A DNA stretch of 64,000 bases from Promethearchaeota archaeon (GTDB taxonomy: Archaea; Asgardarchaeota; Lokiarchaeia; Sigyniarchaeales; SOKP01), in assembly GCA_048938895.1 (NCBI GenBank), contig JBHLLU010000017.1, positions 11,869 through 75,868 on the forward strand, written 5' to 3'. The notes beneath the pieces are model-generated. The model made no database searches. It was not told where the DNA came from and saw only the letters and a list, made by a program, of their open reading frames with translations. The position numbers and the translations under genes are program-made. Below, piece by piece: positions 50,968 through 60,826 of this stretch; position 1 is the stretch's first letter; each line of letters opens with the position of its first letter.

Positions 50968-52521
50968 TTAATCAGTTTCATATTCAATTCCATATGGGAA
51001 TTGTTCCATTAAAATATCTCTTAATCTTGGTGTAATTGGACGTCCTTTTTTATGGATAGCTCGACCGACAATAGCCTCTGCAGCCTCTAACACCATTTCT
51101 GAGAGAGTAGGGTGACTATGTACTGTCCCTGTGATATCCTCAATTGTTAGTCCATTTTGCATTGCCAGCGTAATTTCACCAATCAATTCTGAGGCACCCT
51201 CACCAATGCAGGAGGCTCCCACGATTTGAGTTGTATGTTTATCAGCTAAAATCATTAAAAATCCTTTTTCTCCCATGCATTTTGCCTTTCCTAATGATTC
51301 GTAGGAAAATTGACCAACTAACACATCAATTCCTAATTCTTTTGCTTGATTTCTTCTGAGCCCAACTGAACCAATATTGGGACTTGTAAAAATTGTAGAA
51401 GGTATAACTCGATAACTTGCTCTTTTAGGATGATTTTTATATATCCCAAGACTAGAAAGGGCATTTGCAACAGCTATATCACCCTCATAGCTCGCAACAT
51501 GGGCAAGCATAATTCCTCCTGTGACGTCTCCTATTGCGTATATTCCTTTTACAGTCGTCTCCAACGTTCCAGGATCAACTTCAATTGCTCCCCTTCTTGT
51601 TCCAATTCCTAACTCTTCTAATCCTAAATTATTTGACACTTTATTTCTACCAATTGAAACTAAACATAAATCTGCTTCATATACTGTTTTTTCAGCATTT
51701 TCAATTTCTTCTCTTGGAACAGAAGCAGAACAAGTTATCGCCTTTACACCAGATCCTGTATTTTCAACTGATAGTACATTTTGTGAAGTAAATATCTTAA
51801 TACCCATTGCATCAAATTTTTTTTGCAATTCTTTTATAATGATTGGCTCTTCTGTAGCAATTGGATTTGGAAGATATTCCAAGAGAGTTACTTCGCTCCC
51901 AAAAACAGAAAAGATATTAGCAAACTCACATCCAATTACTCCTGCTCCGATAATTAATAATCGCTTTGGGATAGTTTTGAAATTTGGGTTTAAAATATCA
52001 TCGCTAGTTAATACCCTCTCATGATCAACATTAAAATTTGGAATTAACGCAGGAGTAGAGCCTGTTGCTATAATTATTCTTTTACTAAGAATGGTTTCTT
52101 CCTTGGCTTCTCCCTTAATTAAGATTTTAAAACCATCTTCAGCATTCCCGCCAAGAATTTTACCATAACCAATATAAATATCATTCTTCCAAGATTTTTG
52201 AAGATTGGCAATCCCTAGTCCAAGTTCACTTACAATTTTATTCTTTCGTTCAACAACTTTACTAAAATCAGCACTATATCCTTTGAGATCAACCCCAAAT
52301 TCTTCTGCCTCTTGAAGTTTCTCGATATAATGAGCAGAAGCAAGTAATGCTTTGGTAGGAATACAACCTCTGTTTAGACAAGTACCCCCTAACTTGTTTT
52401 TCTCGATTAATGCAATTTTAGCACCATATTGTGCTGCTCTTACAGCAGAATGATATCCTCCTGGACCTGCTCCTATGATTACTAAATCATATTGTTTTTC
52501 TACTGTTTGTTCATTAGGCAT
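50968..52521 (-). CDS. lpdA: dihydrolipoyl dehydrogenase
   Basis: GAGPGGY, GGTCLNRGCIPTK, MLAHVA, HSHPTLSE. Confidence 0.92.
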   Translation of the reverse strand: MPNEQTVEKQYDLVIIGAGPGGYHSAVRAAQYGAKIALIEKNKLGGTCLNRGCIPTKALLASAHYIEKLQEAEEFGVDLKGYSADFSKVVERKNKIVSELGLGIANLQKSWKNDIYIGYGKILGGNAEDGFKILIKGEAKEETILSKRIIIATGSTPALIPNFNVDHERVLTSDDILNPNFKTIPKRLLIIGAGVIGCEFANIFSVFGSEVTLLEYLPNPIATEEPIIIKELQKKFDAMGIKIFTSQNVLSVENTGSGVKAITCSASVPREEIENAEKTVYEADLCLVSIGRNKVSNNLGLEELGIGTRRGAIEVDPGTLETTVKGIYAIGDVTGGIMLAHVASYEGDIAVANALSSLGIYKNHPKRASYRVIPSTIFTSPNIGSVGLRRNQAKELGIDVLVGQFSYESLGKAKCMGEKGFLMILADKHTTQIVGASCIGEGASELIGEITLAMQNGLTIEDITGTVHSHPTLSEMVLEAAEAIVGRAIHKKGRPITPRLRDILMEQFPYGIEYETD

Positions 52522-52566
52522 TTTTTAATCCCCCCAATTTTTCTAAAAAATAATTTGTGATTAAAT

Positions 52567-53166
52567 CTATAATAAAAATTTTGATTTCTGGATAAATAAG
52601 ATGTTGGACTTCACATCATGTTCTTTTAGTTGCCTCATAATCTCAACAAGTGTATTTTCCTCACCAACATGAACAAAAGTCAAATTTCTACTGTCTCGAT
52701 CCTTTATCACTTCAAGAATTTTCTGTGTAATTGAATCAACTCGAATTTTCTGATTTATATAATGGTTTAATTCTCTTAACTCATTAGAATAATAATCAAT
52801 TAAATAACTTAGCTCTTGAGCACCAGGAGTATTTTTATTTTTTAATAAATCATAGGACGCTTTTAATTCATTATATTTATTTTGAATTTCACTAATTTGG
52901 CCTGAAAAATGCCCTTTTACAAAATGTGGTAATTCAATTGTAAAACAAGGAATTTCAAACTCTTTAAATACTTTGGCTAGATACGTTTCATTAAATTCTC
53001 TTACACTTGTATATCCTAAGTCGATTGTCGCAAATTTTACGGGAATTTCTTTTAACTTTTCTATTAAATTTTCAACATCTCTTTCTGTTAAATCGCCATC
53101 AATATCTCTTAAGAGATACACGGAAAAATTATTATCCATTAAAGTCTCAAACATTATACTATTCAT
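52567..53166 (-). CDS. hypothetical protein
   Basis: 199-aa ORF with AGGGGG SD. Confidence 0.65.
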   Translation of the reverse strand: MNSIMFETLMDNNFSVYLLRDIDGDLTERDVENLIEKLKEIPVKFATIDLGYTSVREFNETYLAKVFKEFEIPCFTIELPHFVKGHFSGQISEIQNKYNELKASYDLLKNKNTPGAQELSYLIDYYSNELRELNHYINQKIRVDSITQKILEVIKDRDSRNLTFVHVGEENTLVEIMRQLKEHDVKSNILFIQKSKFLL

Positions 53167-53790
53167 TTTTTTTTCCCCCTTTTCTGTGGTATTGGTTTTT
53201 TTATTATTTTTTCAATGAAAAGATCAGTTTTTGAACTGTACATCTCTATTTAATTATGCATCCCCCCCATCATTTCGAGTATCAAATTTTAACCTAAAAG
53301 ACACTCGGAATATAAATCACCAATGTCAGTCGGAAAAACTTTTCTTTTCCAATATAATAATATTTAATATAGTATATAAATGTTTCGGATCGATCAGTAT
53401 TCCATAGGATAATGAAAATCCATTTGTATGAAAATGATCATATATTACTAAATAAAGCAAAAATAGATTAGAATATTGTATAATCAATTTATCAGGATCT
53501 ATAGTTTAATGTATTTGATTAATAATCACGTTTCGAAGTATGAAAAATAGAACAATTAAATTCCTATTTTATGGTATATTTACATAATTTTTATTTTTCG
53601 ATATCTGAACTGTTACTTACTATAAATATGATTTTTACCTGCTTCTATGATTATTAGTTCTGCTAATTATCAATCTTTTTATTTCATTTTTTTTCAATTT
53701 TTATCAGATTTATCAAAATCTTGGTTAAGGTCCTGAATTAAAGTAAAATCTCAAAAATTTTTAAATATGAATATGATATAATTAGCTAGG

Positions 53791-55107
53791 ATGAATCAAA
53801 AATCAATATCATATTTTCTTATTTTTATAATATTAGATCTTTCGATTCTAAATCCCTTAATATTTATTTCTATTAATACTAAGTATAATACAATTGAAAA
53901 TTTAGATCCCTTTTCCTCAAATAATGATTCCTGGAATCGTACCTGGAATTGGGGAAGTTATGTTAGTTCAATGGGTTTAGATTCATCTAATAATGTCATA
54001 TTAACATTAAATAGTTTATCCACTTTTAAAATTATTAAAATAAATGGCTCCGGTGAAGAGCTTTGGAATGTGGATTATGGTACATGGTCGTATGGATATG
54101 ATTATTGGTATTCTACTGATCTCACTATTGATTCTCAAGATAATATTTACATTATAGGATTTCAAGAAAATTGGTGGTCCAATATTAGGCACGACTTTTT
54201 GTTAACCAAATACAGTAGTCTTGGGAATAAAGACTGGGAAATCATTTGGTATAATGAATATGAGACAGAAGGTTTTAGTATAGCTACTGACTCTTATAAT
54301 AATATATATGTCGGTATTGATAAAATAGATTTAGATGAGTCATTTCTTGTAAAATATAATATTACTGGCAGCCAAACCTGGAATGTTTCATTCGTTGGAT
54401 CTCATATTTCAGGACTTGTTATAGATTCAATAGATAATATTTATTTAACTAGATATTTAGAAAGGCATGAGGAAGGAGATCGTCAATTGTTCTTATTAAA
54501 ATATAATAATTCAGGAGCCTTATTATGGAACCAGACTTGGAGATCAGGTAAATCGGATTATATCATGGATCTACTCATTGATTCTTCAGATAATATTTAT
54601 ATCACAGGATATAATCTTGATTGTCATGATTATTGTAAATGGGTTGAGGGTAGAGCTTATCTTTTGAAAGTAAATTCTTCAGGTCATTTGCTATGGAATA
54701 AGACTTTGGGTGACAATAGTTATTGGAGGATGGGAATGGATAGTTTAGAAAACATATATCTTACTGGATATGATGAAATTTATCCAGGAGAAAGAGAGGA
54801 CATGTGTCTTGCAAAGTTCAATAGTTCTGAGAATATTGAATGGAACATATTTTGGGGCGGAAAGGGTAGTGAAAGAGCATATAATATAGATCTTGATTCA
54901 AATGATAATATTTATCTTGGTGGAAGTTTAGATAATAAACCCTTACTTGTAAAGAACCCAATTAATAAAACGGTAATTGAACCTCTCTCAAATGAATTTT
55001 TTATTCCTTTCAGTTTTCACTTCTTGAGTTTTACTTTACTAAGTATCATTTCCATAATAAGCGTTAGAGTTTTTAAATCAAGAAAGAAAAATTTTTTATT
55101 TGCTTAA
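53791..55107 (+). CDS. membrane-anchored beta-propeller (SBBP-repeat) surface protein
   Basis: Repeated DSxDNIYxxG / LxKYNxSGxxxWN units; N- and C-terminal hydrophobic segments. Confidence 0.85.
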   Translation: MNQKSISYFLIFIILDLSILNPLIFISINTKYNTIENLDPFSSNNDSWNRTWNWGSYVSSMGLDSSNNVILTLNSLSTFKIIKINGSGEELWNVDYGTWSYGYDYWYSTDLTIDSQDNIYIIGFQENWWSNIRHDFLLTKYSSLGNKDWEIIWYNEYETEGFSIATDSYNNIYVGIDKIDLDESFLVKYNITGSQTWNVSFVGSHISGLVIDSIDNIYLTRYLERHEEGDRQLFLLKYNNSGALLWNQTWRSGKSDYIMDLLIDSSDNIYITGYNLDCHDYCKWVEGRAYLLKVNSSGHLLWNKTLGDNSYWRMGMDSLENIYLTGYDEIYPGEREDMCLAKFNSSENIEWNIFWGGKGSERAYNIDLDSNDNIYLGGSLDNKPLLVKNPINKTVIEPLSNEFFIPFSFHFLSFTLLSIISIISVRVFKSRKKNFLFA

Positions 55108-55656
55108 ACTATCTTTAACTTTTCTGACTTCACGTATAAGTCGAATTTCCGAATAAATCAAGCCAATACCTGATATAGAAAAAACTAAAGATATTGTTAT
55201 TGAAATTATAAAGACCAAATTATTATATGGGTATCCAATCCCGACCTTGATTAATTTATACATATATGCACAATTGTCATTCGTCCATGTTACATTATAT
55301 TGACCCGGATGTAAACTCCAACGTTTTTCTTTAGAATCGAAATCTCCCTCTGCCTTAGATAAATAATATTCAAACTCATAGGTTCTCCCAGAGTCTTGAC
55401 TGGTAAAATTGATAGTCCCTGTATTTGAATAATGCATATAATATAAATTATAGAAATCAGCACTAACCCTCATAACATAAGCGTCTCCTAATACGGGATT
55501 TGGGGGTAATTTTTGCATGATATCCCCTCCATAATCTAGAATTTGTCCTCTATGTTCCCAAACAACCTTATCTCTAGTTAGTCCTACGAGCAATACATTT
55601 CCTAAACCAAATGTGATAAGTAATAACCCAATAAAGATTTTTCTATTTGTCTTCAT
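55096..55656 (-). CDS. hypothetical membrane-anchored protein
   Basis: N- and C-terminal TM segments around a beta-rich domain. Confidence 0.65.
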   Translation of the reverse strand: MKTNRKIFIGLLLITFGLGNVLLVGLTRDKVVWEHRGQILDYGGDIMQKLPPNPVLGDAYVMRVSADFYNLYYMHYSNTGTINFTSQDSGRTYEFEYYLSKAEGDFDSKEKRWSLHPGQYNVTWTNDNCAYMYKLIKVGIGYPYNNLVFIISITISLVFSISGIGLIYSEIRLIREVRKVKDSLSK

Positions 55657-56021
55657 AAAATCAGGTAATTCAGATTATCAATTGAATAGAATTCAATCTT
55701 TTAAATTGTTTCTATATTATTTATATTTTTCTCTCTACTTACAATAGAATTAAAAATTTCCTGAAAAGTAGTAACTTGCCTTTTTCATAGAGCATGAGTT
55801 CAATATACTCAAAACATAACATACTCGTAGTTAGAATAAACAGATAATATAGAAATTCTGGAATTCTTGAAATTTGTTTCCTTATGATTCATATAATGAA
55901 CTTCTAATGATTTTTATTAATATTTCGTCAATATCTCCATTTTACAAAACTTTTTGCACAATTTTTTTCTGAATTTAAATAGGATTCTTAATTTCATAAA
56001 AGATTTTTATATAAATGAGTT

Positions 56022-58145
56022 ATGTATAATATATTATTCACATTTTGTCAAAGGATCGAGATGTTAAAATCAAGTAAAAAGTATTTTCCTATGCTAGTAA
56101 TTCTTTTTGGATTGGTAATTACTTATAATCCTCTTTATAGCTTTCAAAGTATTGATATTGGTACAATTCGTAACGTTAAGCAGAATAAAGATGATTTTAC
56201 AATGAATGAATTGAGGATATCTTCAATACAGATAAAAAATGAGACAATTAATACAGATGAGACATGGAGTGGAAATATACTTGTGACTAGAAGCATTATT
56301 GTCTCTAAAGGGGCAACCCTTACTTTATTACCAGGGACTGTTGTTAAATTTAAACATTATAGAGGATATAAGACTCCTGAATTACGACTTAGCCTCTTTA
56401 TTCTTGGTGACATAAAGGTGTTAGGATCATCAGATCAACAAATTTGGTTTACATCTGACGCGGAGCCACCGATTAATGGAGATTGGGATGGCATTTACAT
56501 GAATGGTACTACCAATTCTATATTTAATTATGCTATTGTAGAATTTGGGCTTGTTGGAATTGTCCAGTTTCACTCTGAATCCATAATTGCTAATTCGATA
56601 GTTAGATGGGTCAATACAGAGGCACTTTACGCAGAATACTCCGAAGTGGAGTTTGTAAATAACACATTATATGGAAATGGTTATCATGAGATTGCATTGG
56701 AACAATTTAATAATGCAAATGTTACAGGTAATGTTTTTAAAAATGGGATAGTTGCCTTTCATTCAGAAAATTCGGAAGCTTATCTTTATAGAAATTACTT
56801 TGTTAATTATACCGGTGATCTTGTGTCGATTGCGGCTCACACAAACGCTACTTTAGAAGAAAACATATTTGATCCGTCATTACCTTATCCACGAGTTACT
56901 GTAACTCCAAATTCAAATATAACTCTAATTAATAATGATAATGGAACGATAATTACGTTACCTCTTCCAGTATATGATTATCAAGATTTGAGAAATTATA
57001 CATTGGGCTATATTCCAGGTGATCAAGAGAAGGATCAATATCCTTACGTTTATAACCCATTAGATGAAACTAGAAGAGTTGTAAAAAGGTTCGGATTAGG
57101 ATTAAGTTTTGGGTGGGCATTAGTGTACGCAATGGGTTATCTTTGGCGTTTTGATTTTTGGAATCCTACGATAGGAAGTGCTGAAAATTTCATAAGAATG
57201 GATCCAGATACAGGAAGTTATATTGAAATCCAAAATGATTTCATTGAAAATGGACGAGGTTTAGCGTGGGATGGTGAGTACTTTTTTGGTTATGACCATA
57301 GTCAGCTTAAAATATTCAAGTTTAATATTTCTGGAAACGCAATAAATATCGTTGATTCATTTGATCTACCGAAAAAGGAGGAGGGTGGTATTCAAGGTTT
57401 AACTTCCGATGGAGAATTTCTTTATATACCGAGTAGGGGAGGGGCTTTAGTAAGAAAAATAAATAAAACCGGAGGAATTGTAGAGGAAATTGATATTCCG
57501 GGAGAGGGTATTAGTGGAGGTTTAGTATGGACGGGTTCACATTTCTGGGGAGTTACTGGCGGAGGAAATCTAGCTAAATATTCTCATGATTGGCAGATGG
57601 TTGGGCAAATCTATCCGGTAGCAGATGGAACATGGGCAATAGCATGGGATGGGGACTATATTTGGACACTTCAGAGGACATGTGAAAGTTGGGTTGATGC
57701 AAAAATGTTCCAAATTGAGCCTTTAGTCTCAACAAGTACTAATTATTTAATAGTAAAGGACGATTCTATTCATATAATTACTATTAAATCTAATTCTTCC
57801 GATTATGGCCTTCGATTTAATGAGACTCAAAATCATATAAGTTTTGAAATCTATGGAAGAACTGGAACAATAGGATATTGTGATATCTTTATTCCTAAAA
57901 CTCTTTTAATTCAGCCTGTTGGAGCATCTATTGATGGAGTGTCACTCGCCTATATTCTAAGTGAAAGAGAATCTGACTTTATAATTCATATTGAATACGG
58001 ACATAGCTTTCATGAAATCAAAATTTACTTTGAATATGACTCAAATAAGCCAACTATCTTATGGATCCCTATTATTCCTATAAGTTTGGTATCTATAGTA
58101 ATGTTAGGTATTTGGATAAATCATTTGAGGAAAATAAACTCATAA
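56022..58145 (+). CDS. surface protein: right-handed beta-helix + beta-propeller + C-terminal anchor
   Basis: TLTLLPGTVVKF..FTSD..GDWDGI beta-helix; GLAWDGEY / GLTSDGEF / AIAWDGDY blades; TM tail. Confidence 0.8.
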   Translation: MYNILFTFCQRIEMLKSSKKYFPMLVILFGLVITYNPLYSFQSIDIGTIRNVKQNKDDFTMNELRISSIQIKNETINTDETWSGNILVTRSIIVSKGATLTLLPGTVVKFKHYRGYKTPELRLSLFILGDIKVLGSSDQQIWFTSDAEPPINGDWDGIYMNGTTNSIFNYAIVEFGLVGIVQFHSESIIANSIVRWVNTEALYAEYSEVEFVNNTLYGNGYHEIALEQFNNANVTGNVFKNGIVAFHSENSEAYLYRNYFVNYTGDLVSIAAHTNATLEENIFDPSLPYPRVTVTPNSNITLINNDNGTIITLPLPVYDYQDLRNYTLGYIPGDQEKDQYPYVYNPLDETRRVVKRFGLGLSFGWALVYAMGYLWRFDFWNPTIGSAENFIRMDPDTGSYIEIQNDFIENGRGLAWDGEYFFGYDHSQLKIFKFNISGNAINIVDSFDLPKKEEGGIQGLTSDGEFLYIPSRGGALVRKINKTGGIVEEIDIPGEGISGGLVWTGSHFWGVTGGGNLAKYSHDWQMVGQIYPVADGTWAIAWDGDYIWTLQRTCESWVDAKMFQIEPLVSTSTNYLIVKDDSIHIITIKSNSSDYGLRFNETQNHISFEIYGRTGTIGYCDIFIPKTLLIQPVGASIDGVSLAYILSERESDFIIHIEYGHSFHEIKIYFEYDSNKPTILWIPIIPISLVSIVMLGIWINHLRKINS

Positions 58146-58162
58146 TTTGAAAAATTATGTGA

Positions 58163-59659
58163 TTAAAACATAATTTTCAAATCTTTTCTTTCTAAATCAT
58201 TGGGGGGATAAATAATATTTTTATTTAAAGTAATGTTCAAAACTTTCAGCGAAGGCAGGGAATATAGAGATTCCGGAATTCTTGACAACTGGTTTCCTCT
58301 CAAGTTAAGTTCTTCCAAAAGCGAAAGTGAATCAATCCATTTGGGTAATAATGTGAGAAAATTCCAGCTTAAATCCAATTTTTTAAGAGATCTTAAGTTT
58401 TTAAATGATTCTGGTAAGCTAGATATTTGATTATTGGGAATAATTATGACTTCTAAAGAGTCTAATGAACTAATTGAGTCTGGTATAGTTTTAATACCAT
58501 TGTCATATAGATTTATTTCTACAATTGAAGGCAAATAGCTAATCCATTCTTCGAGTATAGGTAAAGATTTATTTCCACCCAAACTTAATTTTTTTAGAGA
58601 ACTCAAATTTTTTATCCATTTTGGAATACTTTTCAAATTATTTAGCCCCAAATTTAATTTTTTTAGAGAAGAAAGGGCCTTCATTGAAGTTGGTATTGAA
58701 TCTAATTGGTTCCCATGTAAATTTAAAATTTCAAGAGATGACAAATTTCCAATTGAAGATGGGAGATTATTCAACTTATTGTGCTTTAAATCTAATTTCT
58801 TTAGATTGATTAATGTTCCTATGGAAGAGGGGATGCTTGTTAATTTGTTGTGCCTTAAATTAAGGATTTCTAATGAAATTAGAGTTTCAAACTTATCTGG
58901 TATTATACTTATATCATTATAACTGAAGTCTAAATGCTTAAGAGAATTTAAGGAAAAGATAGAATAAGGAAATTTCCCAATTTTATTGTTTTTTAATCTC
59001 AACTTTGTAAGATTGTTTATAATAGCAATAAATTCAGAGAGGTGTTTTAAAACTTTCCATCCATAAGTTTTATTTGCTACAAATGATAGATCTACCTCCA
59101 CTACTAAGCCATCTACAATCTGGTACTTAAATTCTTGTATGATGTCTATAAAATAATTAATAACAATATAATTACGAAAAATTTCTGCTAAATTTTTAGT
59201 TTTTAAATTTTGAATATCATTTGTATTAACTAATTTACTCAAACTCTTGATGAATTTAAAATCATTTATTTTCTTTATTTTTTCAAAAAAGATTGTTCTA
59301 GCTTTTATATTGTCTAATTCCTCTATGATTGAAACTAGATTAAGTAATAATTGCCAGGAGTTTTCATGATCCAGAGCCCATGTTAAAGGAGCTAAAGCTT
59401 TTTCCTGAAAAATTGTTCTTAAACTTTTAGCAGCTAGCTCTCTTATTTCTAGGTTAGGATCAGATACTAGCAAGTTTTCTAAGACAGAAAATACCTTATC
59501 ATTCTTAACTCCAACCTTTAGAAGAGTTTCAATGCATTCCTCTCTTAAATCGATTAAATCGTTATTTGAAATTAAATAGATTAATAAATCTGCTGCTGTT
59601 GTCTTATCAATTTCTCCCTTTATCAGGTCTTCATAAATTTTTTTAGGATTTAAAGTCAT
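58163..59659 (-). CDS. HEAT-repeat plus leucine-rich-repeat protein
   Basis: N-terminal HEAT (IRELAAKSL) followed by many 23-aa LxxLxLxxNxLxxIP repeats. Confidence 0.92.
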   Translation of the reverse strand: MTLNPKKIYEDLIKGEIDKTTAADLLIYLISNNDLIDLREECIETLLKVGVKNDKVFSVLENLLVSDPNLEIRELAAKSLRTIFQEKALAPLTWALDHENSWQLLLNLVSIIEELDNIKARTIFFEKIKKINDFKFIKSLSKLVNTNDIQNLKTKNLAEIFRNYIVINYFIDIIQEFKYQIVDGLVVEVDLSFVANKTYGWKVLKHLSEFIAIINNLTKLRLKNNKIGKFPYSIFSLNSLKHLDFSYNDISIIPDKFETLISLEILNLRHNKLTSIPSSIGTLINLKKLDLKHNKLNNLPSSIGNLSSLEILNLHGNQLDSIPTSMKALSSLKKLNLGLNNLKSIPKWIKNLSSLKKLSLGGNKSLPILEEWISYLPSIVEINLYDNGIKTIPDSISSLDSLEVIIIPNNQISSLPESFKNLRSLKKLDLSWNFLTLLPKWIDSLSLLEELNLRGNQLSRIPESLYSLPSLKVLNITLNKNIIYPPNDLERKDLKIMF

Positions 59660-59699
59660 AAGAATGTCGAATTTAAAAATAAAAAATAGAAAGAAAATT

Positions 59700-60800
59700 T
59701 TAATTTAACTTTGCAACTTCGATTATTGCATTCGCTATAGCTGCCGGTTCAATTTCTTCAATAAAATGTCCCGCATTTTCGAAAACGTCAATATTCCCTT
59801 CTAATTGAGGAAGATTTTCAACCCATTGTTTCATAACTTCATCTTTTGCTGATGGATCCCATTTTCCTATGACTGCTCGAACACCAATATTCTGTCCACT
59901 TGGTCCCCAAAGTTTGGAAATATTTTCCTGTATAAAATGATAAAATGGGGATGTATCGCGATTACCAAGATCAGGTTCCTTGTAGATATTTCCATGCCCC
60001 CATACTGGTGTTTGAAGTACCAACCGTTTTGAACTCATCACATTTTTTTCTGATTGGAATTGCTCTCTGAAGAATCTTTGGACTATAGTTTCATTTTCTG
60101 AGAAACTTCCGGTACTTGCAGAATTAGCAAGCATTTTAGGGAACTCAGAAATTAATTCTTGTGGATCTTCGGGATTATAAAAAATAGCAAAGGATGTAAA
60201 AGCACCCCATAAATTGTTAGGAATAATATTTGGAGTATTAGCCCATGTAAATTGTTTTAATGGATAATTTTCATAGGTCATCCCTGATTGCGGGAATGGG
60301 AAAACAGTGCTATTTAAGATAACAAGATTAGATACACGATATGGATCTTTTAGGAAGGCACCAATACCGATGGGACCTCCCCAATCATGTATGACAAGAG
60401 TTACCTTCTTTAAATCAAGATGATTTATTAGTTGCCACAGATTTTCTGCATGATCCATAGATACCATTTCAAATGAAGCTTGATCAGATAATCCAAAACC
60501 AATATGATCCATTGCTATAATTCTGAATGGTTTTTTGACAATGTTTATTAGTTGTTCAATTACACCTCTATATGTATATGAAGATTCAGGATTTCCGTGC
60601 ACAAATACTATGGTTCCTTCTGGTTTACCTTCACCATGATTACTATCTCTGTAGAACATTTTCTTCCCCTTATCAAATCCTTTTGGTAATTCGAACCAGA
60701 ATCCGCATCCTTGTGGAAAATAATCTTCTGGAACATTAGTTACGGGTGTGTTACTAGGGATGGATTTCGAATTTGAGATTATGACCATTATCTTCACCAA
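59700..60800 (-). CDS. alpha/beta hydrolase, haloalkane dehalogenase-like
   Basis: FVHGNP, DHIGFGLSD, HDWGGPIG, AGHFIEE. Confidence 0.88.
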   Translation of the reverse strand: MVKIMVIISNSKSIPSNTPVTNVPEDYFPQGCGFWFELPKGFDKGKKMFYRDSNHGEGKPEGTIVFVHGNPESSYTYRGVIEQLINIVKKPFRIIAMDHIGFGLSDQASFEMVSMDHAENLWQLINHLDLKKVTLVIHDWGGPIGIGAFLKDPYRVSNLVILNSTVFPFPQSGMTYENYPLKQFTWANTPNIIPNNLWGAFTSFAIFYNPEDPQELISEFPKMLANSASTGSFSENETIVQRFFREQFQSEKNVMSSKRLVLQTPVWGHGNIYKEPDLGNRDTSPFYHFIQENISKLWGPSGQNIGVRAVIGKWDPSAKDEVMKQWVENLPQLEGNIDVFENAGHFIEEIEPAAIANAIIEVAKLN

Positions 60801-60826
60801 TTATACTTCAGATTTATCAATTATAA

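Noticed and set aside
53261-53271. TCCCCCCCATC as an att-like copy of the tRNA-Pro 3' end
   Set aside because: Short, low-complexity, imperfect, and no integrase in the window.
55760-55920. Possible gene remnant (SLEVHY...) in an AT-rich spacer
   Set aside because: Too short and degenerate to assign.
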